This document shows, piece by piece, positions 28,313 to 37,660 of a stretch of DNA of 64,000 nucleotides; the first letter of the stretch is position 1, and every line of letters begins with the position of its first letter. This DNA is from an uncultured Gemmatimonadales bacterium (lineage in GTDB: Bacteria > Gemmatimonadota > Gemmatimonadetes > Longimicrobiales > RSA9). The notes under the pieces were generated by a model. It saw only the letters and a list, made by a program, of their open reading frames with translations. It did not search any database and was not told the DNA's origin. The position numbers were made by a program, and so were the translations under genes. The stretch lies in contig OY970192.1 of assembly GCA_963708135.1 (NCBI GenBank), forward strand, positions 3,520,001-3,584,000. Direction: 5' to 3'.

Positions 28313-29197
28313 TCACCGCCTGCGTCCCGTGCCGAGTCGTTTCCATCTCGCGCCGGGCGACGTGCGAGGCGCGGCGGTGAGGCGCAGCACCGCCACCTCG
28401 GGGCGCGCGAGGAAGCGGATCGGCAGGTGCACCGTGCCCACGCCGCGCGAGGTGTAGACCTGGGTCCACGGCCGCCGGCGCAGCCCGGCGGCGTAGAGGT
28501 TCGGGTTCTCCGCGGAGCTCAGGGGCGCGCCCAGGAGCGGCAGCTGCACCTGGCCGCCGTGCGTGTGGCCGCTCACGATCAGGTCCACGGCATCGGAGGC
28601 GCGGCGCAGCCGCTCGGCCTGGTCGGGCCCATGGGCGAGAAGCAGCGTGAAATCCCGGCCCGAGGGGCGCGGCAGGAAGTCGAGCCGCGGGCTGCCGGCG
28701 TAGAAGTCGTCGACTCCCGCGATGCAGAGCCGGACGCCCTCGACCGAGCGGAGCACCGCCGCGTTCACCAGCGGCGTGATCCCCTCCGCGCCGGCGAACT
28801 GTCGCCGCCAGAGATCGATCCCGATCCGATGGTCGTGGTTGCCGGGGACGGCGTAAACGCCGAGGGGCGCGCGCAGGCCCTCGAGCGCCTGGAGCACGCG
28901 GGCGAAGTCCGGCTCGTGGTCGGCGGCGAAATCTCCGGTGAGGGCGATGATGTGCGGCCGCTCGGCCATGGTGCGGCGGACGGCCTCCCGCACCCGGGCG
29001 AGCGAGCGGCGGCTCCCGGCATGGAGATCGGTCAGCAGCGCCACGCGCAGGCCCTCGAGTGGCGCCGGCAGGTCGCGCAGGTGTATGCGCGGGCGGGTCG
29101 TTTGGAGCCAGCGCGGCTCGATGGCGACGGCGTAGGCGAGCGTGCCGGCGAGAAGTCCAGCGCCGGCGCCGGCAAGGATCCAACCGGAGCGCTTCAT
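28313..29197 (-). CDS. Calcineurin-like metallophosphoesterase (YkuE/YaeI-like)
   Basis: TDLH, TGDF, GNHD, LAH, GHTHGGQ, SRGVG. Confidence 0.92.
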   Translation of the reverse strand: MKRSGWILAGAGAGLLAGTLAYAVAIEPRWLQTTRPRIHLRDLPAPLEGLRVALLTDLHAGSRRSLARVREAVRRTMAERPHIIALTGDFAADHEPDFARVLQALEGLRAPLGVYAVPGNHDHRIGIDLWRRQFAGAEGITPLVNAAVLRSVEGVRLCIAGVDDFYAGSPRLDFLPRPSGRDFTLLLAHGPDQAERLRRASDAVDLIVSGHTHGGQVQLPLLGAPLSSAENPNLYAAGLRRRPWTQVYTSRGVGTVHLPIRFLARPEVAVLRLTAAPRTSPGARWKRLGTGRRR

Positions 29198-29210
29198 GCC
29201 CGGGTGGGGC

Positions 29211-29225
29211 GCAATCGGCGGGCCA
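29211..29225 (-). promoter_or_regulatory. Sigma-54 promoter predicting a near-leaderless mRNA
   Basis: TGGCCCG-CCGA-TTGC ending 13 nt before ATG 29197; no SD sequence. Confidence 0.6.
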
Positions 29226-29263
29226 CCCGCGCGTCGCGATCCCGCCGTCCCGCCCGGGCGGAT

Positions 29264-30250
29264 CTACCCGTTCAGGGCAGACATGGACGACTCGGGATAG
29301 CGGCTCCCCGCGGCGGCTCCCGGCGGCATCACGTCATCGAGCCGCGCGAGGTCGTCTCCGGCGAGCCGCACGTCCACGGCCGCGGCGTTCTGCTCCAGGT
29401 AGCGCCGGTGCTTCGTGCCGGGGATCGGGACGATGTCCGGCCCGCGCGCGAGGAGCCACGCGAGCGCGAGCTGTGCGGGCGCGACGCCCTTCTCTGCGGC
29501 GATCGCCTCGACGCGCGCCACGAGGTCGAGGTTCTTCCGGAAGTTCTCGCCCTGGAACCGGGGGTTGTTGCGGCGCCAGTCGTCGGGAGCGAGGTCGTCG
29601 GGGGTGCGGAAGCGTCCGGTCAGGAACCCGCGGCCGAGCGGGCTGTAGGCGACGAACCCGATCCCGAGCTCGCGCACGACCGACAGGATCTCGTCCTCTG
29701 GATCCCGGGTCCAGAGCGAGTACTCGGTCTGGAGCGCCGTGATCGGGTGTACGCCGTGGGCGCGGCGGATCGTCTCCGGCGCCGCCTCGGAGAGGCCGAG
29801 GAAGCGGACCTTCCCCGCCTCGACGAGCCGGCTCATGGCACCCACGGTCTCCTCGATCGGCACGTCCGGATCGACGCGGTGCTGGTAGTAGAGGTCGATG
29901 TGGTCCATGCCCAGGCGGCCGAGGGAGGCATCGCAGGCGGAGCGGACGTAGGCGGGGCGTCCGTTCACGCCCATGAACTCGCCGCCGGGTCCACGCTGGT
30001 TGCCGAACTTGGTGGCCAGCTGCACCTCGGCGCGGCGGCCGCGGATGGCGCGACCGACGAGCTCCTCGTTCCGGAACGGCCCGTAGGCATCGGCCGTGTC
30101 GAGGAACGTGATCCCCAGATCGAACGCGCGATGGATCGTCCCGATCGACTCCGCGTCCTCGCGCGGGCCATAGAATTCGGACATGCCCATGCAGCCGAGC
30201 CCGACCCGCGAGACGTCGAGCCCTTCCCTGCCCAGCTTCACTCTCTCCAC
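29264..30250 (-). CDS. Aldo/keto reductase
   Basis: [45 protein letters not shown]. Confidence 0.95.
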   Translation of the reverse strand: MERVKLGREGLDVSRVGLGCMGMSEFYGPREDAESIGTIHRAFDLGITFLDTADAYGPFRNEELVGRAIRGRRAEVQLATKFGNQRGPGGEFMGVNGRPAYVRSACDASLGRLGMDHIDLYYQHRVDPDVPIEETVGAMSRLVEAGKVRFLGLSEAAPETIRRAHGVHPITALQTEYSLWTRDPEDEILSVVRELGIGFVAYSPLGRGFLTGRFRTPDDLAPDDWRRNNPRFQGENFRKNLDLVARVEAIAAEKGVAPAQLALAWLLARGPDIVPIPGTKHRRYLEQNAAAVDVRLAGDDLARLDDVMPPGAAAGSRYPESSMSALNG

Positions 30251-30330
30251 GGCCGCCTCCGCGCTTCCATATCTCGCCCCCGACCGCTACCGGCGGAGCC
30301 GGCGTCCGGCCCATGCGCGCCGTCCATCCC

Positions 30331-30753
30331 TCACTCTCGGCAGCAGCGATCGAACGCGGCGGTGAGGTCGGCCGCAATGTCCTCGGGAGAGCGCGTCTCG
30401 ATGTCCCGCCGCTCGAGCGCGAACACCACCTCGCCGCCCTTCATCAGGAAGACGGACGGCGAGGACGGAGGGTAGCCGACGAAGTACTCGCGGGCGCGCG
30501 CTGTCGCCTCGAGATCCTGCCCGGCGAACACCGTGGCGAAGACGTCCGGCAGCGTCCCGTTCCGCAGCGCCAGCGCCACCGCGGGGCGCATCCGGCCCGA
30601 CGCGCAGCCGCACACGGAGTTGACGGCCACGGCGACGGTGCCCGCGCACCCGGCCAGCACCTCGTCCACCTCCTCCGGCGTGCGCAGCTCCCGCACGCCA
30701 TGGCGGGTCAGCTCCTGGCGCATCGGTGCGATCATCATCTCGTGAAACGGCAT
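30331..30753 (-). CDS. BrxA/BrxB-family bacilliredoxin
   Basis: APMRQELT, VNSVCGCASGRMRP (CGC), TVFAGQD, ATARAR, PPSSPS. ATG 30753 after GGAGG. Confidence 0.92.
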   Translation of the reverse strand: MPFHEMMIAPMRQELTRHGVRELRTPEEVDEVLAGCAGTVAVAVNSVCGCASGRMRPAVALALRNGTLPDVFATVFAGQDLEATARAREYFVGYPPSSPSVFLMKGGEVVFALERRDIETRSPEDIAADLTAAFDRCCRE

Positions 30754-30844
30754 GCCTCCCCCTCGGCTTCGTTGGTCCACGGCCTCCATAAGAGAGGGGT
30801 TGTCCCCCGGTCGGCGCAACGTGAGGTTCAGGGCATCGACCGCC

Positions 30845-32239
30845 ATGCACAGCACGCGCCCGCTGCCCTCGCCACCCCGGCGGAACCCCGACCGCCTGCG
30901 CCCCCGCCGCGCCGACCTGGCCGCGACGATGCGCCTCGCCACGCCGATCGTCGTCGTGCAGGTCGGGCTCATGGCGATGGGCGTCCTCGACACGATCATG
31001 GTGGGCCACGTCTCTGCCGCCGCCCTGGCCGCGGTGGCACTCGGCAACCTCTATTTCGTGGGGCCCGCCATCTTCGGCCAGGGCCTGCTCATGGCGCTGG
31101 ATCCGGTCATCTCCCAGGCCGTCGGCGCCGAGGACGCGGCCGGCGTGGCGCGCGGGCTCCAGCGGGGCATGATCCTCTCCCTCGCCATAGCCGCCCTGCT
31201 CACCGTCGTGCTCCTTCCGGCGGGACCCGTGTTCCGCGCGCTGCACCAGCCCGCCGACGTGGTGCCGTGGGCCGCCGGCTACGTGCTCGCCGTCATCCCC
31301 GGCGCGTTCCCCTTCATGGGCTTCGTGGTCCTGCGCCAGACGCTGCAGGCCATGGGCCGGACTGCCGCCATCCTGGCCGCCATCGTCGGAGCCAACCTGG
31401 TCAACGCCGGCCTCAACTGGGTGCTGATCTACGGCCACCTCGGCGCCCCCGCCATGGGCGCCGTGGGTTCGGCCTGGGCCTCCACCGCTTCGCGCTGGCT
31501 CATGTTCCTGGCCCTGCTCGCGCTCGCCTGGCGCCGGCTCGGACCGTACCTCCGGGCGTCCCACCCCGAGGTGCTGCGCGGCGCGCCCTTCCGCCGCATG
31601 CTCCGACTCGGCCTGCCGATCGGCATCACCATGTTCCTCGAATACTCCGCCTTCGCCGCGATCGCCCTGCTCATGGGGCTGCTCGGCACGGTCCCCATGG
31701 CCGGACACCAGGTCGCCCTGAACCTCGCCTCCACCAGCTTCATGGTCCCGCTCGGCATCTCGGGAACCGCCGCCGTGCTCGTCGGGCAGGCCATCGGCCG
31801 CGCCGACGACGACGCCGCGCGTCGCTTCGCCCTCGCCGCCCTCCTGTGCGGCGCCGCCTTCATGCTCGCGAGCGCCCTCGCCTTCCTCGCCGCGCCCACC
31901 TTCCTCGCCCGCATCTTCACCAATGACCCCGCCGTGCTCGCCGTGGCGACCTCGCTCATCCCGATCGCCGGCGTCTTCCAGGTCTTCGACGGGCTCCAGG
32001 TCGTCGGCGCCGGGATCCTGCGCGGCACCGGCGACACGCGCGCTCCCCTCGTCGTCAACATCCTGGGCTTCTGGCTCATCGGCATGCCGACGAGCGTCTG
32101 GCTCGGCTTCGAGACCGCCGCCGGTCCGGTCGGGCTGTGGTGGGGGCTCGTCGTCGGGCTCGCCGCCGTGGCGGTCTTTCTGCTAGTCCGCATCCGGCAC
32201 CGCTTCGCGCGCGAGGTCGCGCGGCTCAGCATCGATTGA
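30845..32239 (+). CDS. MATE family efflux transporter (NorM-like)
   Basis: LDTIMVGH, ALAAVALG, LRLGLPIG, AGHQVALN, FQVFDGLQ, ILRGTGDT; about 12 TM segments. Confidence 0.93.
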   Translation: MHSTRPLPSPPRRNPDRLRPRRADLAATMRLATPIVVVQVGLMAMGVLDTIMVGHVSAAALAAVALGNLYFVGPAIFGQGLLMALDPVISQAVGAEDAAGVARGLQRGMILSLAIAALLTVVLLPAGPVFRALHQPADVVPWAAGYVLAVIPGAFPFMGFVVLRQTLQAMGRTAAILAAIVGANLVNAGLNWVLIYGHLGAPAMGAVGSAWASTASRWLMFLALLALAWRRLGPYLRASHPEVLRGAPFRRMLRLGLPIGITMFLEYSAFAAIALLMGLLGTVPMAGHQVALNLASTSFMVPLGISGTAAVLVGQAIGRADDDAARRFALAALLCGAAFMLASALAFLAAPTFLARIFTNDPAVLAVATSLIPIAGVFQVFDGLQVVGAGILRGTGDTRAPLVVNILGFWLIGMPTSVWLGFETAAGPVGLWWGLVVGLAAVAVFLLVRIRHRFAREVARLSID

Positions 32240-32367
32240 GCGGCGATTCGAGAAGGACGCGGGCGCCCTCGGCGGAGGCGCGCGGTCTGGCCGAGCGCGC
32301 CGCGTCGGTGTACGTTGTTCACAGTCTTGTATACCTGGACCCAGCATCCCCGACAGGAGAGCCAACC

Positions 32368-35286
32368 ATGAGCCGCTTCCGTGCCCCCGGCGCGCGGGCG
32401 AGCGACGCCCGCGCGCATCGAGTTCCGGACCCCGGGCGCGCCGGCGGCGCGCCCGGTCATGGGCGGCCGCGGGCGGGCGGCCGGTGGGCGCATGCGGCGG
32501 GCGTCGTCGCCTTCGGGTTGGCGCTTCTGCTCGGGCCGGCGGCGGCGGGCGCACAGGCGCCGGCGGCGGAGGGTTACGACGTCGTAATCCTGCACGGCCG
32601 GGTGATCGACCCGGAGACGGGTCTCGACGCGGTGCGGAACGTGGGGCTCACGGGGGGCCGGATCGCGGCGGTCACGGAGCAGGCGATCGCGGGGAAGAGG
32701 ACGATCGACGCGACGGGGCTCATCGTGGCGCCGGGGTTCATCGACATGCACGAGCACGGGCAGAACCCGGTGGCGTACTCATTCGAGGTGCGGGACGGGG
32801 TGACGACGTCGCTGGAGCTGGAGATCGGGGTGCCGGACATCGACTCCTGGTACGGGGAGCGGGCGGGGAAGACGATCGTCAACTACGGCGCGACGGTGAG
32901 CCACCCGCGGGTGCGGGGTGTGGTGATGCACGATCCCGGGACGTTCCTGCCGACGGGCCCGGCGGCGCACCGGGCCGCGACGCCGGCGGAGGAGCGGGCG
33001 ATCATGGCGGGGATCGAGAAGGGGCTGGAGCGGGGCGGGCTGGGGGTCGGGTTCGGGCTGCAGTACACGCCGGCGGCCTCGCACGAGGAGATCCTGGAGG
33101 CGTTCCGGGTGGCGGCGCGGCACCACGCGCCGGCGCACGTGCACCTGCGCTACATGGGGCTCGCGGAGCCGGACAACAGCATCGTCGCGCTGCAGGAGGT
33201 GCTGGCGGACGCGGAGGCGACGGGTGCGCCGCTGCACGTGGTGCACATCCACTCGATGGGGCTGGCGGCCACGCCGATTCTGCTGAAGATGATCGGGGAT
33301 GCGCGGCGCCACGGGGTGGACGTGACGACGGAGGCGTACCCGTACACGGCGGGGGAGACGGAGATCCAGTCGGCGATCTTCGACCCGGGCTGGCAGCAGG
33401 TGCTCGGGATCGGCTATCACGACCTGGAGTGGCCGAAGACGGGGGAGCGGCTCACGGCGGCGACCTTCGCGAAGTACCGCAAGCAGGGCGGCGCGGTGAT
33501 CCTGCACTTCATTCCGGAGGCGGACATGCGGGCGGCGATCACGAGCCCGCTGACGGCGATTGCGAGCGACGGCTCGCTCGAGCCGGACAGCACGGGGCAC
33601 CCGCGGGCGACGGGGACGTACGCGCGCGTGCTCGGCCGGTTCGTGCGGGAGTGGAAGCTGCTGGACTGGAAGACGGCGCTGGCCAAGATGACGATCATGC
33701 CGGCGGAGCGCGTGGCCACGCGGGATCCGGCGATGAAGCGCAAGGGGCGCGTGCAGGTGGGGGCGGACGCGGACATCACGGTCTTCGACCCGAAGACGGT
33801 GCTGGACCGCTCGACGTATGCGCACCCGGCCGTGCCGTCGGCCGGGATCGAGTACGTGCTGGTGAACGGCGTGCCGGTCGTGGTGAAGGGAGAGCTCGAG
33901 CCGGGCGTCTTCCCGGGCCAGCCGGTGCGGGCGCCGATCGAGGCGCCGGCGGCCGCGGCGGCGGGGAGCCTGCCGGGCGCCGTCGTCGCCGGGATCGACT
34001 CGATCGTGGAGGCGCCGCTCGGTGAGGGCCGGATCGCGGGCGCCTCGGTCGCGGTCGGCCGGGCGGGACGCCTGGTCTTCGCGAAGGGCTACGGCCTCGC
34101 GGACCGGGAGAACGCCGTGGCGGTGACGCCGGCGAGCGTCTTCGAGGTGGGGTCGGTGACCAAGCAGTTCACGGCGACGTCGATCCTCCAGCTCGTGGCG
34201 CAGGGGAAGGTGGGGCTCGACGACGAGCTGACGAAGTACCTGCCGGACTACCCGGAGCAGGGGCACCACGTCACGATCCGCGAGCTGCTCCACCACACGT
34301 CGGGGATCAAGAGCTACACGTCGCTGAAGCGGTTCGGCGCCGAGATGACGCGCGACCTGCCGCACGACTCGCTCGTCGCGATGTTCGACACCGTCGCGTT
34401 CGACTTCGACCCGGGCCAGGAGATGCGCTACGACAACTCCGGCTTCTTCCTGCTCGGGCTGGTCGTGGAGAAGGCGAGCGGCGAGAGCTTCGCCGACTAC
34501 ATCCGCGACCACATCTTCCGGCCTCTCGGCATGACCGGCACCCGCTACTGCGACTGGCAGGAGCTCATCCCCCACCGCGCCCACGGCTACGACTCCACGA
34601 AGGACGGGCTGCGCGGCACACACTACCTCAGCATGGCGCTCCCCTACGCCGCGGGCTCGCTCTGCGCGACCGCGCCCGACCTGGTGGCCTGGAACCTCGC
34701 GCTGCACGGTGGCAGGGTGCTCGCCCCCGCGCAGTACGCCACCATGACCAGCCCCGGCCACCTCGCCGATGGCACGCCGCTGCGCTACGGGACCGGCATC
34801 GCGCTGGGCGACGTGGCCGGCCGCCGCTCCATCGGCCACGGCGGCGACATCAACGGCTTCGCCTCCTTCTCGACCTTCTTCCCTGACGACTCGACGGCCG
34901 TGGTCGTGCTGCTCAACACCGAGGGCCCGACGCGCCCGGACGCGCTGGCCGAGCGGATCGCCGAGCGGGTGCTCGGGCCGGCACCGGCGCACCGCACATT
35001 GGCCGCCCCGGCCGACCTCTCGGCCTTCTCCGGCAGCTACGTGCCCATCACGTCGCCGAAGGACACCCTGCGGATCAGCGCGGCGGCGGACGGCGGACTG
35101 CAGGTGGAAACCGTGCGCCGCGGCCAGGTCCCCGGCGCCGAGCCGGTCGAGCCGCACGGGCTTGCCTACCTCGGCGACGACACCTGGGCCGACGGCGGAA
35201 GACGCTTCACCTTCCGGACCCGCGCCGGCTCCCGCGAGGTCGTGGTGGACCAGGTCTACGGGCTGAGGATCTACCGGAAGGAGTGA
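32368..35286 (+). CDS. Secreted fusion: D-aminoacylase-type metal amidohydrolase plus beta-lactamase-fold serine hydrolase
   Basis: ATG 32368 after AGGAGA; signal-like segment. N half: APGFIDMHEH, HVHLR, HVVHIHS, IASDG, HPR..GT, GADADI. C half: GSVTK (SxxK), LLHHTSG, YDN (YxN), HGG. One continuous ORF. Confidence 0.88.
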   Translation: MSRFRAPGARASDARAHRVPDPGRAGGAPGHGRPRAGGRWAHAAGVVAFGLALLLGPAAAGAQAPAAEGYDVVILHGRVIDPETGLDAVRNVGLTGGRIAAVTEQAIAGKRTIDATGLIVAPGFIDMHEHGQNPVAYSFEVRDGVTTSLELEIGVPDIDSWYGERAGKTIVNYGATVSHPRVRGVVMHDPGTFLPTGPAAHRAATPAEERAIMAGIEKGLERGGLGVGFGLQYTPAASHEEILEAFRVAARHHAPAHVHLRYMGLAEPDNSIVALQEVLADAEATGAPLHVVHIHSMGLAATPILLKMIGDARRHGVDVTTEAYPYTAGETEIQSAIFDPGWQQVLGIGYHDLEWPKTGERLTAATFAKYRKQGGAVILHFIPEADMRAAITSPLTAIASDGSLEPDSTGHPRATGTYARVLGRFVREWKLLDWKTALAKMTIMPAERVATRDPAMKRKGRVQVGADADITVFDPKTVLDRSTYAHPAVPSAGIEYVLVNGVPVVVKGELEPGVFPGQPVRAPIEAPAAAAAGSLPGAVVAGIDSIVEAPLGEGRIAGASVAVGRAGRLVFAKGYGLADRENAVAVTPASVFEVGSVTKQFTATSILQLVAQGKVGLDDELTKYLPDYPEQGHHVTIRELLHHTSGIKSYTSLKRFGAEMTRDLPHDSLVAMFDTVAFDFDPGQEMRYDNSGFFLLGLVVEKASGESFADYIRDHIFRPLGMTGTRYCDWQELIPHRAHGYDSTKDGLRGTHYLSMALPYAAGSLCATAPDLVAWNLALHGGRVLAPAQYATMTSPGHLADGTPLRYGTGIALGDVAGRRSIGHGGDINGFASFSTFFPDDSTAVVVLLNTEGPTRPDALAERIAERVLGPAPAHRTLAAPADLSAFSGSYVPITSPKDTLRISAAADGGLQVETVRRGQVPGAEPVEPHGLAYLGDDTWADGGRRFTFRTRAGSREVVVDQVYGLRIYRKE

Positions 35287-35423
35287 GTCGGGCCGCGCCG
35301 CTCCGCGGTGGTCGGAAGCGGTCAAAGCCGGTCCTTGGCGCGCGGCAGCGGGCATGCCGGTCGCACGGGCTGTGGGTCGCCCAATTCGTTATCCGACAAC
35401 CATTTCCCTGAAGAGTTCCGCCC

Positions 35424-35438
35424 GGGTCCGGAGGTTGC
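35424..35438 (+). promoter_or_regulatory. Sigma-54-like promoter for the Pro-rich small ORF
   Basis: GGGTCCG-GAGG-TTGC (GG-N10-GC), 50 nt before ATG 35489. Confidence 0.4.
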
Positions 35439-35488
35439 CTCCTCGCGCATGCGTCCACGCGCGATTCATCTCCAATCCGGAGGCGACC

Positions 35489-35740
35489 ATGAGCGGGTTC
35501 GGCGGCACCAACGGCATCCTCACACCCACGCCCTGGCCGGATCTGCCGGACGTCCCGATCGGCATCCCGGAGCCGGGGCCGATCTACCCGCCTCTCCCGC
35601 TCCCGACGCCGCTCTCGCCGGACGCGCTCGCCGGCACGACGGGGGGGAGCGGGCCGGGCGACCCGCTGCTCGACTGGCTCCTCGCGGCGATCGGCCCGAG
35701 CGGCACGGGCCCGACGTACCCGACGCCGCCGCTCGGCTGA
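35489..35740 (+). CDS. Orphan 83-aa Pro/Gly-rich protein
   Basis: GGAGG RBS, G/C-ending codons, fills the gap between the fusion gene and ettA. Confidence 0.6.
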   Translation: MSGFGGTNGILTPTPWPDLPDVPIGIPEPGPIYPPLPLPTPLSPDALAGTTGGSGPGDPLLDWLLAAIGPSGTGPTYPTPPLG

Positions 35741-35755
35741 GGCGGGGCGGCGGCC

Positions 35756-37444
35756 TCAGCCGCGGACCAGCTTCCGGTAGTGGATGCGGTGGGGCTGGTC
35801 CGCCTCGGCGCCGAGGCGGCGGTGGCGGTCGGCCTCGTACTCCTGGTAGTTGCCCTCGAAGAAGACGACGCTGCTGTCGCCCTCGAAGGCCAGGATGTGG
35901 CTGCAGATGCGGTCGAGGAACCAGCGGTCGTGCGAGACGACGATGGCGGAGCCCGCGAAGTCGAGGAGCGCCTCCTCGAGCGCCCGCAGCGTATCCACGT
36001 CGAGATCGTTGGTGGGCTCGTCCAGCAGGATGAGGTTCGCGCCCTGCCTCAGCACGCGCGCGAGGTGGACACGGTTGCGCTCGCCGCCGGAGAGGATCCC
36101 GACCTTCTTCTGCTGGTCTGCGCCGCGGAAGTTGAACCAGGAGCAGTACGCGCGCGCGCTGACGGTCGCGCGGCCGACCTGGATGTCGTCGGCGCCGCCG
36201 GAGATCTCCTGGTAGACGGACTTCGAGGCGTCCAGCACGTCGCGGCTCTGGTCCACGTAGGCGAGCTGGACCGTGGCGCCGAGCCGGACGCTGCCCGCGT
36301 CCGGCTGCTCCTGGCCGGTGATCAGGCGCAGGAGCGTTGTCTTGCCGGAGCCGTTCGCGCCAATGACGCCGACAATGCCGGCGCGCGGCAGGCTGAAGGA
36401 CAGGTTCTCGAAGAGCAGCCGATCGCCGTAGCCCTTCGTGAGCCCCTCGGCGACGACCAGCTCGTCCCCGAGCCGGGGCCCGGCGGGGATGACGATCTCC
36501 GCCGTGGTGAGCTTCTCTCGCGGATCCTGGGCGAGCAGCTGCTCGTAGGCGTTGAGGCGGGCCCTGCCTTTCGACTGCCGGGCGCGGGGCGCCATGCGGA
36601 CCCACTCGAGCTCGTGCTCGAGGGTACGCTGTCGGGCGGAGGTCTGCTTCTCCTCCTGGGACAGGCGCTGCTTCTTCTGCTCGAGCCAGGAGGAGTAGTT
36701 CCCCTTCCAGGGGATGCCCGCGCCGCGGTCGAGCTCGAGGATCCACTCGGCCACGTTGTCGAGGAAGTAGCGGTCGTGGGTGACGGCCACGATCGTGCCC
36801 TCGAACTCCTTCAGGTGCCGCTCGAGCCACGCCACGGACTCCGCGTCCAGGTGGTTGGTGGGCTCATCGAGGAGCAGCATGTCCGGCTCCTCGAGCAGCA
36901 CCTTGCAGAGGGCGACACGCCGCCGCTCACCGCCGGAGAGGCGGGTCACGTCCGCATCCGCGGGCGGGAGCCGGAGCGCGTCCATGGCGATCTCGATCTT
37001 GCGCTCCAGGTCCCAGGCGCCGGCGGCCTCGATGGCGTCCTGCACGCGCGCCTGCTCGTCGAGCAGCGCCTGCATGGCATCATCGTCCATGGGCTCGGCG
37101 AAGCGCGCGTTGATGGCGTCGAAGCGGGAGAGCAGGTCGCGAGTGGCGCGGACCGCCTCCTCGACGTTGCCTTTCACGTCGAGCTGGGGATCGAGCTCGG
37201 GCTCTTGCGGCAGGTAGCCGATGCGCGTGCCGGCCATCGGCCAGGCCTCGCCCTGAAAGTCCGCGTCCACGCCCGCCATGATGCGCAGCAGAGAGGACTT
37301 GCCCGCGCCGTTCGGCCCGACGACGCCGATCTTGGCGCCGGGGTAGAACGACAGCCATATGCCCTTCAGGATCTCGCGCGAGGGCGGCACGACCTTGCGC
37401 AGGTCCTTCATGACGTAGATGAACTTGGAGGTGTCGGTGCTCAT
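35756..37444 (-). CDS. ettA: Energy-dependent translational throttle protein (ABC-F)
   Basis: [75 protein letters not shown]. Confidence 0.96.
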   Translation of the reverse strand: MSTDTSKFIYVMKDLRKVVPPSREILKGIWLSFYPGAKIGVVGPNGAGKSSLLRIMAGVDADFQGEAWPMAGTRIGYLPQEPELDPQLDVKGNVEEAVRATRDLLSRFDAINARFAEPMDDDAMQALLDEQARVQDAIEAAGAWDLERKIEIAMDALRLPPADADVTRLSGGERRRVALCKVLLEEPDMLLLDEPTNHLDAESVAWLERHLKEFEGTIVAVTHDRYFLDNVAEWILELDRGAGIPWKGNYSSWLEQKKQRLSQEEKQTSARQRTLEHELEWVRMAPRARQSKGRARLNAYEQLLAQDPREKLTTAEIVIPAGPRLGDELVVAEGLTKGYGDRLLFENLSFSLPRAGIVGVIGANGSGKTTLLRLITGQEQPDAGSVRLGATVQLAYVDQSRDVLDASKSVYQEISGGADDIQVGRATVSARAYCSWFNFRGADQQKKVGILSGGERNRVHLARVLRQGANLILLDEPTNDLDVDTLRALEEALLDFAGSAIVVSHDRWFLDRICSHILAFEGDSSVVFFEGNYQEYEADRHRRLGAEADQPHRIHYRKLVRG

Positions 37445-37586
37445 GCTCGCTCGCGACGGGTCGGCGTGGTAGTGGCCGGATAAGCTAACGGGAGCCGCCG
37501 CGCGGGTCAGCCCCGGGGGTCCCCGCCGGGGTGTTCCACGGCGCCTCGGGGAGGTCGGCGCGGGGGGTGCGCGGCCATGCCTTTCA

Positions 37587-37632
37587 TTGCATACACGGCG
37601 GTGTGGCCTTAGGTTATGGGGTTACATCCATA
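37587..37632 (+). promoter_or_regulatory. Sigma-70 promoter with overlapping inverted-repeat operator
   Basis: TTGCAT-N17-TAGGTT (37587-37615); IR TATGG-N8-CCATA (37615-37632). Confidence 0.6.
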
Positions 37633-37660
37633 CGCTAGGCAACCGCTTTTCGAGGACGAG

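Noticed and set aside
32309..32334. GntR-like TTGTATAC site before the fusion gene
   Set aside because: Only a partial palindrome, could be the -10 region, and no regulator is nearby.
27394..35286. Antibiotic-resistance island (esterase, MATE, beta-lactamase fold)
   Set aside because: Broad superfamilies with mostly non-resistance roles; the esterase is broken; no mobility genes or composition shift.
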